64,000 nt of DNA, taken from positions 30,417-94,416 of the forward strand of contig JAQWOM010000056.1 of NCBI GenBank assembly GCA_029245865.1, written 5' to 3'. Position 1 is the first letter of the stretch. Each line of letters begins with the position of its first letter. The notes beneath the pieces are model-generated. The model made no database searches and had not been told where the DNA came from. It saw only the letters and a program-made list of their open reading frames with translations. The DNA is from Planctomycetota bacterium (lineage in GTDB: Bacteria > Planctomycetota > B15-G4). Shown here one piece after another: positions 28,413-38,529 of the stretch. The translations under genes were made by a program, and so were the position numbers.

Positions 28413-30914
28413 ATGCGCTTTTTCATTGCCCGATCTGCAGTTGCAGCCGTCTTTCTTGCTGCCACCCTTCCCGCACAGTCCTTCATGACGTCACCTGTCA
28501 GTACTGAAGGCACTTTCTCGGGAACGAGTCTTCCCGTCGTCAGCATGGATGGCTCTGCAGTCTCAGATCTCTACGCATCGCCCGAGTCTGAACTGCGCAT
28601 GTCGAACTTCGAACTCATGGACGGTCGCACTGTCGACCTCGAACTGCGCCGCCTCGACTTGAACCGGATGAAGTTTGGATTCCAGGTCAACGGAACTCCC
28701 ACCCCGGGCTTGCTCGAAAGCATCGAGATTTCAGTCTGGGCCGGAACCGTCGCCGGAGAGAACGGGTCTGACGTCCTGCTGTCTTTCAGCAACGTCGGAA
28801 CCCGTGGATGGATTGATGACGGCCGAGACGTCGTGCACATCATGCCCCAGCCCGACACCATCAACGGTTGGGACAGGAGCTACTCCATCCTGGCCCGTGA
28901 CGAAGATCTTTCGCAACTTGGCGTGGAGATGCGCAACACATGTGAGGCCACCCAGTTGCCCACGAATCCTTCGTCTGCCATCCGCACTCCCCAGCCCCCA
29001 CTCAACGGGCAGGGAGGACAAAGTGAAAACGCTTTCTTGGGTGGTTGCAGCAACTGGGAAGCTCGGCTCGCCATCGAGACGGACTTTCAACTGTTTCAGG
29101 TCTTTGGCAGCTTGGCCGCCGAGACGAGCTACATCACAACTCTTCTCGCTGCAGCAAGTGATCGCTACGAGACGCAGATCAACACGGTCCTCAGCTACCC
29201 CTACGTGCAGTTCTACACGACCTCGGCTGACCCGTGGAGCACGCCAGACAATGGCGGCGGCTCGAGCAGCATGCTCAACGAGTTCGAATCCGCCTGGAGC
29301 GGCAACATTCCGGCTGATGCAGACATCGGGCACTTTGTGTCAGGTGCAGGCCTGGGTGGCGGCATTGCCTACCTGAGTGTGCTCTGCGACACGAGCCACA
29401 CTTTCAGTTTCGCCGTGAGCGGCAACATCGACGGCAGTGTTCCCTTTCCAGTCGCCGTTGGACCGGCGAACTGGGACTTCATGGTCTTCACCCATGAAAC
29501 CGGGCACAACTTTGGCTCACCACACACGCATGATTATTCACCGACGATCGACGAGTGCGCTTTGGGCACCTGCACCACCACCGGCACCATCATGAGCTAC
29601 TGCCATCAGTGCCCGGGCGGCATGACCAACATCACAACCTTCTTCCATCCGACAGTCGTCAATGTGATGCAGTCGCATGCCAACTCATGCCTCCCGTTCT
29701 TCGCACCACTGATTGAACAGGACGGGCCGAGCATCATCGCTGCGGGCGTTACGACACCGCTCACTGTCGAGTTGCAGGGGACTCCTGTTTCTGGAGTGGA
29801 CCTTGAGTATCGCTTCAGCCCCAGCGATCCATACTCGAGCACACCTGCCAGTGACCAGGGAGGTGGTATCTGGGAGGCCGACCTTCCAGCAGCGTCCTGC
29901 GGCCAAACACCCGAGTGGTTCTTCAGCACAGTCGATGCCAGTTGCGGATCGTTCCAGACAAGCTTGGCCACAGCTGACGTCGGGACACAAAGCCTCCTGG
30001 CGGAAGACGATCTTGAACTCTCCTCCGGCTGGAGCGTTGGCGCTGCGAGCGACACCGCAACGACCGGCGTCTGGGAACTCGGCAATCCGAACGGCACGGC
30101 TGCGCAACCCGAAGATGACCACACCCCGAGTGGTTCAGATTGCTGGTTCACCGGCCAGGGATCGCCTGGTGGAGGCCTCGGAGACAACGACGTAGACGGC
30201 GGAGCCACAACGCTCACCTCGCCGACCTACGATCTCTCCGGCAGTGTTGAGCCTGTTGTCAGCTACTGGCGCTGGTACAACAACAATGCGGGTTCATCTC
30301 CCAACGCCGACGTCTTCGTTGTCGACATTTCGAACAACGGTGGCGCCAGCTGGACCAACGTCGAAACGGTCGGCCCCACGGGAGACGGCACAGGCGGCGG
30401 ATGGATTCTTCACTCGTTCAGCGTGACTGACTTCGTCACTCCAACGAGTGATGTGGTGCTGCGCTTCATCGCGGAAGATGCAGGTTCCGGATCGATTGTT
30501 GAGGCTGCGGTGGATGATCTCTCGATCTACTCCGTGGACTGTGGCAACCCGTGGACGAACCTGGGCGGCGGCGCTCCCGGCATCAATGGGACACCTTCGC
30601 TGGCCATGACGGGCCCACTCACGCCGGGATCCTCATTGAGCCTGGACCTGACACAAGCAGCGCCTTCGGCACTGTCCTTTGTCTGGTTCACGTTCGCCTC
30701 AACTCCAGCACCGTTCCTGGGTGGCACGCTGTTCGCCTTCCCCATCAACATCCAGATCCTTGTCTTCACCTCCGGCAGCGGAACCCTCAGCGGTTCTGCA
30801 ACATTCCCCGGCGGAGTCTCAGGGCAGCAGATCTGGGCCCAGGTTGGCGTGAGCGATGCCAGCACTGTCGAAGGTGGCTCGCTCTCCAACGCCACGGTGG
30901 GTCTGATTCCCTGA
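28413..30914 (+). CDS. Secreted metzincin (M12B/reprolysin-like) zinc metalloprotease with C-terminal beta domains
   Basis: Signal peptide; HETGHNFGSPH zinc motif (HExxHxxGxxH) and GTIMSYCH Met-turn. AGGAG precedes ATG 28413. Confidence 0.88.
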   Translation: MRFFIARSAVAAVFLAATLPAQSFMTSPVSTEGTFSGTSLPVVSMDGSAVSDLYASPESELRMSNFELMDGRTVDLELRRLDLNRMKFGFQVNGTPTPGLLESIEISVWAGTVAGENGSDVLLSFSNVGTRGWIDDGRDVVHIMPQPDTINGWDRSYSILARDEDLSQLGVEMRNTCEATQLPTNPSSAIRTPQPPLNGQGGQSENAFLGGCSNWEARLAIETDFQLFQVFGSLAAETSYITTLLAAASDRYETQINTVLSYPYVQFYTTSADPWSTPDNGGGSSSMLNEFESAWSGNIPADADIGHFVSGAGLGGGIAYLSVLCDTSHTFSFAVSGNIDGSVPFPVAVGPANWDFMVFTHETGHNFGSPHTHDYSPTIDECALGTCTTTGTIMSYCHQCPGGMTNITTFFHPTVVNVMQSHANSCLPFFAPLIEQDGPSIIAAGVTTPLTVELQGTPVSGVDLEYRFSPSDPYSSTPASDQGGGIWEADLPAASCGQTPEWFFSTVDASCGSFQTSLATADVGTQSLLAEDDLELSSGWSVGAASDTATTGVWELGNPNGTAAQPEDDHTPSGSDCWFTGQGSPGGGLGDNDVDGGATTLTSPTYDLSGSVEPVVSYWRWYNNNAGSSPNADVFVVDISNNGGASWTNVETVGPTGDGTGGGWILHSFSVTDFVTPTSDVVLRFIAEDAGSGSIVEAAVDDLSIYSVDCGNPWTNLGGGAPGINGTPSLAMTGPLTPGSSLSLDLTQAAPSALSFVWFTFASTPAPFLGGTLFAFPINIQILVFTSGSGTLSGSATFPGGVSGQQIWAQVGVSDASTVEGGSLSNATVGLIP

Positions 30915-30966
30915 TCGGAGTCTGAGCAGGCACACCAAGGGAGGGCCAAGCGCCCTCCTCGCCACA

Positions 30967-31006
30967 AGCGGGGGCGAGTCGCGATTCACTGCGGCTCGCC
31001 CCTGCT
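30967..31006. terminator. 17-bp GC-rich hairpin between convergent genes
   Basis: AGCGGGGGCGAGTCGCG-attcac-TGCGGCTCGCCCCTGCT pairs fully when G-U is allowed; no clear U-tract. Confidence 0.5.
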
Positions 31007-31070
31007 GCGTTGAAAGGTGCCTCTGTCTCAGCTCAAAAAACCGTCAGGCTCGGCCTCGGCCCTGCCTCTG

Positions 31071-33836
31071 TCAGCGGCCCAGCATGCGTAACACAGAGCC
31101 AAGCAAAGCACGTGCTCTGGGATGCAACATGCTCGTGAAACGCGTGGCTTTGTAGCGACCGGCCTTGTCCAAGGCCCACTCGACCAGCATGTCGTCCAAT
31201 CCATGCCAGAGGTCATAAGCCCCGCGACCGTCCGCCACATTGCCGAGCAAACGTCGCAAGCCCACCCGCTTGAGGTCTTCCATCCGCGTGGTCACCGTGT
31301 CTCCCTGCTGGACATCACCCAGCAGCGCACTCTCCTCCGGCGTGAGCGCCGTCTGAATCTCACCGATACGAAAACCGGTGCATCGGTTCCCATCGATCAC
31401 AAGTTCCAGGCGTTCTTCGTCAGGAGATGGGTCATGTGCGTCGGTCAGTCCGCCCCCGCGCCCGGTCATCCGCCAGCAACCATGCGCATAGTCGCGTGGC
31501 TCAAGAAGAACTCCCTGAGCACCATTTTTGAAATGCAGTGTGAACTGCGTGCCCCCCTCCACGCGGGATTTGCGCGCCGACTTCAAAGCCTGTCCGTCAA
31601 AGAGAGTCTTCAGCATCGCGAAGCCGTGGTAACGATAGGCCGAGCGGTCGAATGTCACCGAAGACAGCGGGCCCAACCAGCTGTCGCGAGCCTCAGAAAC
31701 CGTGTCGAGCCACGGCAACGTGCTGCAATCTTCAGCAACCCAGGCATTTCGAAAGCCTTCCAGGAGCCGCGCGTGCCCCAGGTGCTTGAACATGAGCACA
31801 GGAGTGTCAATCAGCACATCGAGGTGCCCTGAGGAATGCTCCGCGAGCCTCTTCAGCACTTCAGGAACAGCGCCCTTTGACACGGCGATGTACGCGAGAT
31901 CTGCCGCCAAAACATCCTCGTCCGTCAGTGAACGGAAGTCGCGGGTGTGCGTCACTCCATCTGCAAGCGGACGGCGACTGCGCGCGAAGATATCGAGAAC
32001 CTCATAGCGATCTGGCAAAGACCTCAATGCCGGCAAGACATCTGTGTTGACGCGCTCGCCCGCCCCGATCACCAGCACTCGTCGTCGAGTACCTTGCCCA
32101 GCAGTCAAAGAATCACCGGCGTCCGTCTCGAGGTCGTGAGCCGGACGACGGCCGTCTTCCAGCAGAAGTTCTTTCAGCTTGTCCGCCTGACGAATCGCCA
32201 ACGCCACGATCGTGAGGGTCGGATTTGCGCACCCGCTCGTCGGGAATAAAGATCCACCGGCGAGGTAGACGTTACTCACGGTGTGCAGCCGCCCACAGGC
32301 ATCGGTCACAGAAGACCGCGGGTCGGTTCCCATACGCGTCGTGCCCAGGTGATGCGACGCGTCCAGGTCAATGGGCCAAGGCTCCGCAGTTTCCAGGTCA
32401 CTTTCCAGGCTGCCGAACCCGTTATGCGCCAACTCGTCAGCAAGCACCTGGTGCACGGCTCGCAGCGAATCCTTGTCGTGCTTCGTTGGCCCGTGACTCA
32501 CCACAGTCTTCCGCTGACCCAGCACATCAAGCTTGTCACCCAATGTCACACGGTTGTCTGGATGCGGCTCCATCTCGAGAAAGTTCCGCACCCGCACTCG
32601 CCGCACCAGGGGCGCCTTGCTCGAGAATCGCGAAATCACATAACGCGTAACGCTCGGAGCATGAACGACGATGGTCCCGAGAAGCCGCAGCCAATCGAGA
32701 AGACCTTTGCGTGCATTCTGAAGATCGCTGTCGTCTCCGGTCTCCGAATAATCGCGCAGCGTCACCAGCTTGTCGTGACTACGTTTCTTCCAGGCACCGA
32801 ACAATCGCGTGCTGCGCTTCACCAGCAGCACCAAAGCCTCAACCCCTTGCTTGTCAGACCATGGAAAAAGCGGCTCGAAGCGTACGTAGGCGTTCAAAAG
32901 GCCCCGCCGTTGTTGCTCAGCATCGCTCAACCGCAGCCCCGCATACCCGGCATAGCCCTTGTGTAAGCACCCGAAAAGATACGGCAGCTCTCGAACCGGA
33001 CGGGTGAGGCGAATGATCCCGCAATAGTTCTTTGGGTGATTCATCAGACAGCGACCGACCTGGTCATGCTCGTTACCCAGGCCGGCCGCACAGAGGTCCT
33101 GTGACGCCAGAAGAATACGTGCGTTCTCCAGGCCTCCTGTGGCCAGAACGAACACCCTTGCATTCAGTTTTCGCTCACTGCCGTCGGCAGAGCGCACAAA
33201 CCCCGTCGAGACCTGGTGCAGGGCATCCGAGTCGGCCGATTCTTCGTCAGCCCCTTCTAACCGCACCAACGTGGCATCCAGGTACAAGTCTGTACCTGGT
33301 CTCTCGAAAATGTGTTTGTGCTCTTTGCCAAAGTGCTGCGGCTCAGAGGCCGCGAGAAAAACTTTCTCCTGCAGCAGCTTCCAGGAAAGTTTCTGTTCGC
33401 CTGCCTCGCGCAGCGCCTCGAACCCACCGGGTTCGTACAACTTCATGGGAGCAAAGCGGTAGTCAGAAGCCGCCCGCTTCCAGTAGGTCTCCAGTTCGTC
33501 ACGCTTCAGCGGCCAACCCGGGATTCCCATCTCCGGTCTCGGATTCAAGACCAGCGAATCCAAGGGGGCCGAGAGTCCGGCCCACGTCGACGACGCTCCT
33601 CCCAGGATCCGCTCTCGCGAGTAGTCCTTGATCGTGACAGGCCCCTGGCTCACCACCTTGCGCAGATCGTCGCCGAACCGGGACGTCTTCAATCGCCCAC
33701 TTTCCAGAACGCAGATCGACAACCCTGTTCCAGACAACTCCCGGGCCAACGTCATCCCTGCTGGACCAGAACCCACGATGGCCACGTCTACCTTCGGCAG
33801 ATCGCCCGCATGTGCCTCGTGAAGATCGACGATCAT
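31071..33836 (-). CDS. GMC-family FAD oxidoreductase fused to a Gfo/Idh/MocA-like NAD(P)-binding domain
   Basis: IVGSGPAG, LGGASSTWAG, GRCLMNHP, SHHLGTTRMG and NPTLTIVALA, followed by a second Rossmann start RVLVIGAG. Start re-called at ATG 33836. Confidence 0.85.
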   Translation of the reverse strand: MIVDLHEAHAGDLPKVDVAIVGSGPAGMTLARELSGTGLSICVLESGRLKTSRFGDDLRKVVSQGPVTIKDYSRERILGGASSTWAGLSAPLDSLVLNPRPEMGIPGWPLKRDELETYWKRAASDYRFAPMKLYEPGGFEALREAGEQKLSWKLLQEKVFLAASEPQHFGKEHKHIFERPGTDLYLDATLVRLEGADEESADSDALHQVSTGFVRSADGSERKLNARVFVLATGGLENARILLASQDLCAAGLGNEHDQVGRCLMNHPKNYCGIIRLTRPVRELPYLFGCLHKGYAGYAGLRLSDAEQQRRGLLNAYVRFEPLFPWSDKQGVEALVLLVKRSTRLFGAWKKRSHDKLVTLRDYSETGDDSDLQNARKGLLDWLRLLGTIVVHAPSVTRYVISRFSSKAPLVRRVRVRNFLEMEPHPDNRVTLGDKLDVLGQRKTVVSHGPTKHDKDSLRAVHQVLADELAHNGFGSLESDLETAEPWPIDLDASHHLGTTRMGTDPRSSVTDACGRLHTVSNVYLAGGSLFPTSGCANPTLTIVALAIRQADKLKELLLEDGRRPAHDLETDAGDSLTAGQGTRRRVLVIGAGERVNTDVLPALRSLPDRYEVLDIFARSRRPLADGVTHTRDFRSLTDEDVLAADLAYIAVSKGAVPEVLKRLAEHSSGHLDVLIDTPVLMFKHLGHARLLEGFRNAWVAEDCSTLPWLDTVSEARDSWLGPLSSVTFDRSAYRYHGFAMLKTLFDGQALKSARKSRVEGGTQFTLHFKNGAQGVLLEPRDYAHGCWRMTGRGGGLTDAHDPSPDEERLELVIDGNRCTGFRIGEIQTALTPEESALLGDVQQGDTVTTRMEDLKRVGLRRLLGNVADGRGAYDLWHGLDDMLVEWALDKAGRYKATRFTSMLHPRARALLGSVLRMLGR

Positions 33837-34002
33837 TTGCTGATCCGGTCTGTTAATGACAGACCGTGCCTGACACGGTCCGAATGCGCGTGATCGTAGA
33901 TTCCTAGACGCACGAAATCCCGCCCTCGCTCTGAGAGGACACGAGTGCCTCACAGCCTCAAGCCCCGTGATATCTTGCCTATCCAGCCGTGGAGTGCCCC
34001 GT

Positions 34003-34560
34003 ATGCCTGACATCAAGACCGAGATCGCCACTCTGGGTGCCGGATGCTACTGGTGTGTCGAGGCAGTTCTCGAGCAACTCGAGGGCGTGCTCGACGTCTC
34101 CTCGGGCTTCATGGGGGGCCACGTCCAAGACCCGAGCTACGAAAGTGTCTGCTCCGGAACGACAGGCCATGCTGAAGTCGTCCGAGTGGTCTTTGACCCC
34201 GATCGCATCAGCTACGAACACATCCTCGCCTACTTCTGGAAGCTCCACGACCCCACAACGCTCAACAGGCAGGGAAACGATGTCGGAACCCAGTACCGCT
34301 CCGCCATCTTCGTACACACCCCCGAACAGCGAACGGCTGCCGAGCTTTCGAAGAGGCAGGCAGATGAATCGGGCGCCTTTGCTGATCCCATCGTGACCGA
34401 GATCGAAGACGCATCCACCTGGTATGACGCGCCGCAATCTCACCAGGATTACTACCGACAGAACAAGGAACAGCCCTACTGCCACTTCGTGATCTCTCCG
34501 AAGCTCGACAAGCTCGGCCTGAACACCTCCCCACCGACGGACACACCAACCCGCCAGTGA
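34003..34560 (+). CDS. msrA: Peptide methionine sulfoxide reductase A
   Basis: Motifs GAGCYWCVE, GTTGHAE, HDPTTLNRQGNDVGTQYRSAI, HQDYY and PYC. Confidence 0.96.
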   Translation: MPDIKTEIATLGAGCYWCVEAVLEQLEGVLDVSSGFMGGHVQDPSYESVCSGTTGHAEVVRVVFDPDRISYEHILAYFWKLHDPTTLNRQGNDVGTQYRSAIFVHTPEQRTAAELSKRQADESGAFADPIVTEIEDASTWYDAPQSHQDYYRQNKEQPYCHFVISPKLDKLGLNTSPPTDTPTRQ

Positions 34561-34564
34561 CACC

Positions 34565-35953
34565 ATGACTCACGAACATCCCACGGTGGAAGTCGACAGC
34601 TCGCGCAAACTCAGCTCACTCGATGCCACGCTGCTCGTCATGGGAGGCATCGTCGGCATTGGGATCTTCTTTGCGCCCCAGTCCATTGCTCAACTCATCC
34701 GTGAGCCCGGGGCCTACATGGCGATGTGGCTCTTCGGCGGACTCATCGCCTTGTGTGCAGCTTGGAGCTTCGCCGAGTTAGGAGGAACGTTCCCTCGCTC
34801 AGGCGGATGGTTTGTCTACCTTCGAGAAGCCTTCGGTGATTTCCCTGCCTACCTCTTCGCGTGGGTCGTGTTGTTTGTCATTTCGACCGGAGCTATGGCT
34901 GCGATCATCGGATTCACTGCTTCGATGCTGCACTCCGCTCTGCCTGGCCTCGTGGGCGGACCAGACTCGCTCAGCCACCACGTCGCAGCGATCTCGATCA
35001 TTGTTGCACTCACGGGCCTCACACTCTGCGGAATCAAGCACGCCGCACGACTTCAGAACATCTGCATGGTCGTGAAAGCCCTTGTCCTGCTCGGGCTCGC
35101 CATCACCGGCCTGGTCTTCACCACAGGCGACGCACCAATCGCCGCGGATCCGGCGACATTGGTCCCACTCGCACCTATCGAAAACAGCCTTCCTGAACGC
35201 ATGCTCGCTGCCTTGCTTCCCATCTTCTTCACCTTTGGCGGCTGGCAACTCATCTGCTACATCGCTCCAGAGTTGAGGGAACCGCGACGCTCACTGCCGC
35301 GCGCGATTGTCCTGGGCGTGCTGGGCGTCATGGCGCTCTACCTGACTGCCAACGCAGCTTTCCTGCAAGGACTAGGCCCCGAACAGTTGGCTCGCGACCC
35401 CACCTTTGCCAGCACCCTCGCCCGCACAGCCCTGGGAACAACAGGCGAGAGATTGTTCAGTGCGGGCATCGCCATCTCAGCCATTGGTGTCTGCGCCGTG
35501 AACGTGATTGCCGGCCCCTGGCTCTACGTCGCCATGGCGCGCGAAAAACTATTCTTCGCCACCATCGGTCGCGTGCATCCAAGGAGAGGTGTCCCCGTGA
35601 ATGCACTCCTTCTCCAGGCTGCTCTCGTCCTGGTGTATTACTTCAACAGCACGCTTCAAGACCTGGTGATCTCGGTGGTCTTCATCGAATGGATCTTCCA
35701 TGGGCTCGCCGCACTCGCACTCATGCGACTGAGGTTCCGCCGCCCAGAACTCCCTCGGCCATTTCGAAGCCCGTTCTATCCGTTGGCTCCCCTCGTCTAT
35801 GCCGCCACCGCTGTCCTCATCGTGATAGGGACCCTCTGGCAGGAAGACAGATCTATCACCTGGACCGGGCTCAGCCTGCTTGCCGTCGGCGCGCTGGTCT
35901 ACCGCCCGTGGCGAATGCTCGTCGAACGCGCGGGACCGTCGCAACAGGGCTAG
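34565..35953 (+). CDS. APC-family amino acid permease
   Basis: Motifs GGIVGIGIFF, AELG-x-x-FP-x-SGG, YLREAFG, FGGW, E-x-R-x-P-x-R-x-LPRAI and RPFR; about 12 TM segments. Confidence 0.9.
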   Translation: MTHEHPTVEVDSSRKLSSLDATLLVMGGIVGIGIFFAPQSIAQLIREPGAYMAMWLFGGLIALCAAWSFAELGGTFPRSGGWFVYLREAFGDFPAYLFAWVVLFVISTGAMAAIIGFTASMLHSALPGLVGGPDSLSHHVAAISIIVALTGLTLCGIKHAARLQNICMVVKALVLLGLAITGLVFTTGDAPIAADPATLVPLAPIENSLPERMLAALLPIFFTFGGWQLICYIAPELREPRRSLPRAIVLGVLGVMALYLTANAAFLQGLGPEQLARDPTFASTLARTALGTTGERLFSAGIAISAIGVCAVNVIAGPWLYVAMAREKLFFATIGRVHPRRGVPVNALLLQAALVLVYYFNSTLQDLVISVVFIEWIFHGLAALALMRLRFRRPELPRPFRSPFYPLAPLVYAATAVLIVIGTLWQEDRSITWTGLSLLAVGALVYRPWRMLVERAGPSQQG

Positions 35954-36012
35954 GAGGCATTCACAAGAGGGCAAGGCTGCATCCGCCCTCCAGAAATGAT
36001 CTGCTGAAGGAC

Positions 36013-36279
36013 ATGGATGGCCAACCGGACAAGACTCCCGATCCCCGCGGCTACTGGCGCGCGAATCTTCGACTGGTGTCCCTATTGCTCGTCATCTGGG
36101 CGATCGCCTCCTTCGGGCTCTCCATCATCTTCGTCGAGCCCCTGAATGAAACGCGCCTCGCCGGCTTCCCGCTCGGCTTCTGGTTCGCACACCAGGGAAG
36201 CATCTACGTCTTCATCCTGCTGCTGGTCGCATACGCACTGCTCGCCGATCGCATCGCTCGCAAATACGGCGTGGACTGA
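36013..36279 (+). CDS. DUF4212 small subunit associated with sodium:solute symporters
   Basis: YWRANLRL...GFPLGFWFA-x-QGSI-x-VF-x-x-L...Y; immediately upstream of the SSS gene. Confidence 0.9.
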   Translation: MDGQPDKTPDPRGYWRANLRLVSLLLVIWAIASFGLSIIFVEPLNETRLAGFPLGFWFAHQGSIYVFILLLVAYALLADRIARKYGVD

Positions 36280-36291
36280 GAGGTGCGTTAA

Positions 36292-38007
36292 GTGGACATC
36301 CCCGGCTGGACATACCTCACCGTCGGATTGTCTTTCTCGCTGTACATCGGCATCGCCATCTGGACCCGCGCAAAGAGCACCAAGGGGTTCTACGTCGCGG
36401 GGCAGGGCGTGCCCGCACTCGCGAACGGCATGGCAACGGGTGCCGACTGGATGTCTGCAGCATCCTTCATCTCCATGGCGGGACTCATCTCGTTCATGGG
36501 CTACACGGGCACCGTCTACCTCATGGGCTGGACAGGCGGCTACGTGCTGCTGGCTCTCTTGCTCGCGCCTTATCTACGCAAGTTTGGTCGTTTCACCGTG
36601 CCCGACTTTGTGGGCGCTCGCTACGAATCGGATGCCGCGCGCATCGTCGCAGTCGTGTGCGCCATCTTCGTGTCTTTCACCTACGTCTCGGGGCAAATGC
36701 GCGGCGTGGGCGTCGTCTTCTCACGCTTCCTCGAAGTTCCCGTAAACACGGGAGTCATCATCGGCATGGCACTCGTGTTCGTGTACGCAACCCTGGGCGG
36801 TATGCGCGGCATCACCTACACGCAGGTCGCGCAATACGTGGTGCTGATCATCGCGTATCTCATTCCGGCCGTGGCCATCAGTTGGACCATGACCGGCAAT
36901 CCGGTGCCTCAGCTAGGCTTCGGCGACACCATCAAGGACGGACAGCACGCGGGACTCTATCTACTCGAAGCCCTGGATGGCATTCATCGAGACCTTGGCT
37001 TGCCCGAGTACACCGCCGCCTTCGTTGCCGGCAAGAAAAGCATGATCGACGTGGGCGCCATCACATTGGCCCTCATGGTAGGTACCGCGGGCCTGCCCCA
37101 CGTACTCATCCGTTTCTACACGGTAAAGAGCGCGCGGGCCGCACGCTGGAGTGTCATGTGGGCGCTGATCTTCATCGGCCTGCTCTACACGGCGGCGCCG
37201 GCGGTGGCGGCCTTTGCCCGGGTGAACATGGTGGACAGCCTGCACGGCACGGCCTACTCGGAAGCTCCTCCCTGGTTCAAAACCTGGGAGACCACCGAAC
37301 TGATTGCCTTCGAGGACAAGAACGCCGACGGCGTCATCACTTACAGCGGCGACCAGGCGGTCAACGAGTTGCACGTCGACCGCGACATCATGGTGCTCGC
37401 GAATCCGGAGATTGCTCGCCTGCCAGCCTGGGTCGTGGCATTGGTGGTGGCGGGCGCATTGGCGGCAGCGCTGTCAACGGCTGCCGGCTTGCTGCTGGTC
37501 ATCTCATCTGCCGTTTCCCACGACCTCATCAAATCGATCTGGGCGCGTGACCTCAGCGACCAAAAAGAGCTGCGAATCGCTCGCTGGGCTGCGGGCGGGG
37601 CCGTGGTCGTGGCGGGCGTTGTCGGCATCTACCCGCCGGGCTTTGTCGCGCAAGTGGTGGCCTTTGCGTTCGGTTTGGCTGCTTCCAGCTTCTTCCCCGT
37701 GCTGGTGCTGGGCATCTTCAACCGCCGGGTGAACAAACAGGGTGCCATCGCCGGCATGGTCAGCGGACTGCTGTTCACGGCGCTGTACATCGTGTGGTTC
37801 CGTTTCGTGGATCCGAGCGCCGGCGCGGAGCAGTGGTGGTTCGGCATCAGCCCCGAGGGCATCGGTTCCCTGGGCATGATGCTGAACTTTGCCGTGATGC
37901 TCACCGTGAGCCACCTGACGCCGCCCCCTTCCGAAGAGGTGCGCACGATGGTCGAAGAACTGCGCCTCCCCCGCCAAACCACACCGCAGGGCTCCAAGAT
38001 CATTTGA
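36292..38007 (+). CDS. Sodium:solute symporter (ActP-related subfamily)
   Basis: Motifs NGMAT-x-ADWMSAASFISMAG, GWTGGYVLLA, APYLRKFG-x-FTVPDF and GTAGLPHVLIRFYTV. Confidence 0.93.
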   Translation: MDIPGWTYLTVGLSFSLYIGIAIWTRAKSTKGFYVAGQGVPALANGMATGADWMSAASFISMAGLISFMGYTGTVYLMGWTGGYVLLALLLAPYLRKFGRFTVPDFVGARYESDAARIVAVVCAIFVSFTYVSGQMRGVGVVFSRFLEVPVNTGVIIGMALVFVYATLGGMRGITYTQVAQYVVLIIAYLIPAVAISWTMTGNPVPQLGFGDTIKDGQHAGLYLLEALDGIHRDLGLPEYTAAFVAGKKSMIDVGAITLALMVGTAGLPHVLIRFYTVKSARAARWSVMWALIFIGLLYTAAPAVAAFARVNMVDSLHGTAYSEAPPWFKTWETTELIAFEDKNADGVITYSGDQAVNELHVDRDIMVLANPEIARLPAWVVALVVAGALAAALSTAAGLLLVISSAVSHDLIKSIWARDLSDQKELRIARWAAGGAVVVAGVVGIYPPGFVAQVVAFAFGLAASSFFPVLVLGIFNRRVNKQGAIAGMVSGLLFTALYIVWFRFVDPSAGAEQWWFGISPEGIGSLGMMLNFAVMLTVSHLTPPPSEEVRTMVEELRLPRQTTPQGSKII

Positions 38008-38034
38008 CGTAAGCAAAAGTCCCGGCTATATACT
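38004..38034 (+). promoter_or_regulatory. Sigma70-type promoter placing the transcription start at or near the ATG at 38041
   Basis: TTGACG (38004-38009), 17-bp spacer, then TATATACT (38027-38034) ending 6 nt before the ATG; no Shine-Dalgarno sequence. Confidence 0.6.
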
Positions 38035-38040
38035 CACCGT

Positions 38041-38370
38041 ATGCAGGCCCGCCTCCTCACCCTCGCGCTGTTGACGCTTATTAGCTGTGAGCCCTTCCAT
38101 CAGTGGGTTCACGGCAATAACGGGGCCATCTCGTCGGGTCAGTACGAAATCCACGACGGCGACTGCGAACACCAGCCCGAGCATCGCGAGAGTGATCAAT
38201 GCCCGCTCTGCATCAAGGGTCATGGCGACGCCCTGGCGATGCAAAGCCCCTCTCCCGCCGGCAGAGAGCTGGCTCCGAGCAGGGTCACATCAGGGGCACC
38301 AAGCTCCGACATACTGCGTGAAACGCTTGTAGGCGCTCAAGGAGCAAGGGCTCCCCCGGTCATCAGCTGA
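38041..38370 (+). CDS. DUF2946-like (CruR/CutF-type) His/CxxC leader protein ending in RAPP
   Basis: N-terminal hydrophobic segment, His-rich middle, CPLC and C-terminal ARAPPVIS; first gene ahead of a metal uptake operon. Confidence 0.75.
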   Translation: MQARLLTLALLTLISCEPFHQWVHGNNGAISSGQYEIHDGDCEHQPEHRESDQCPLCIKGHGDALAMQSPSPAGRELAPSRVTSGAPSSDILRETLVGAQGARAPPVIS

Positions 38371-38376
38371 GTGATT

Positions 38377-38403
38377 GCCTGCCTTCGGGCGGGCCTCTTA
38401 TTC
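38377..38403 (+). terminator. cUUCGg hairpin with pyrimidine tail just after the leader ORF (possible attenuator)
   Basis: GCCTGCC-TTCG-GGCGGGC followed by CTCTTATTC. Confidence 0.5.
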
Positions 38404-38529
38404 ACCCTGCTGCCTTCTCCCGACCGGGAATACGCTTTCATGTTAGTCCGTCAATTGAACCGGGCGCATCCACGCCCGTCCTCCGATTCTTTTCCATTCC
38501 AACAACCAGCCAGCGGCTTGATTCGTGTC

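Noticed and set aside
34030-34065. MsrA motif GCYWC instead of GCFWC
   Set aside because: Conservative aromatic substitution with the catalytic Cys retained.
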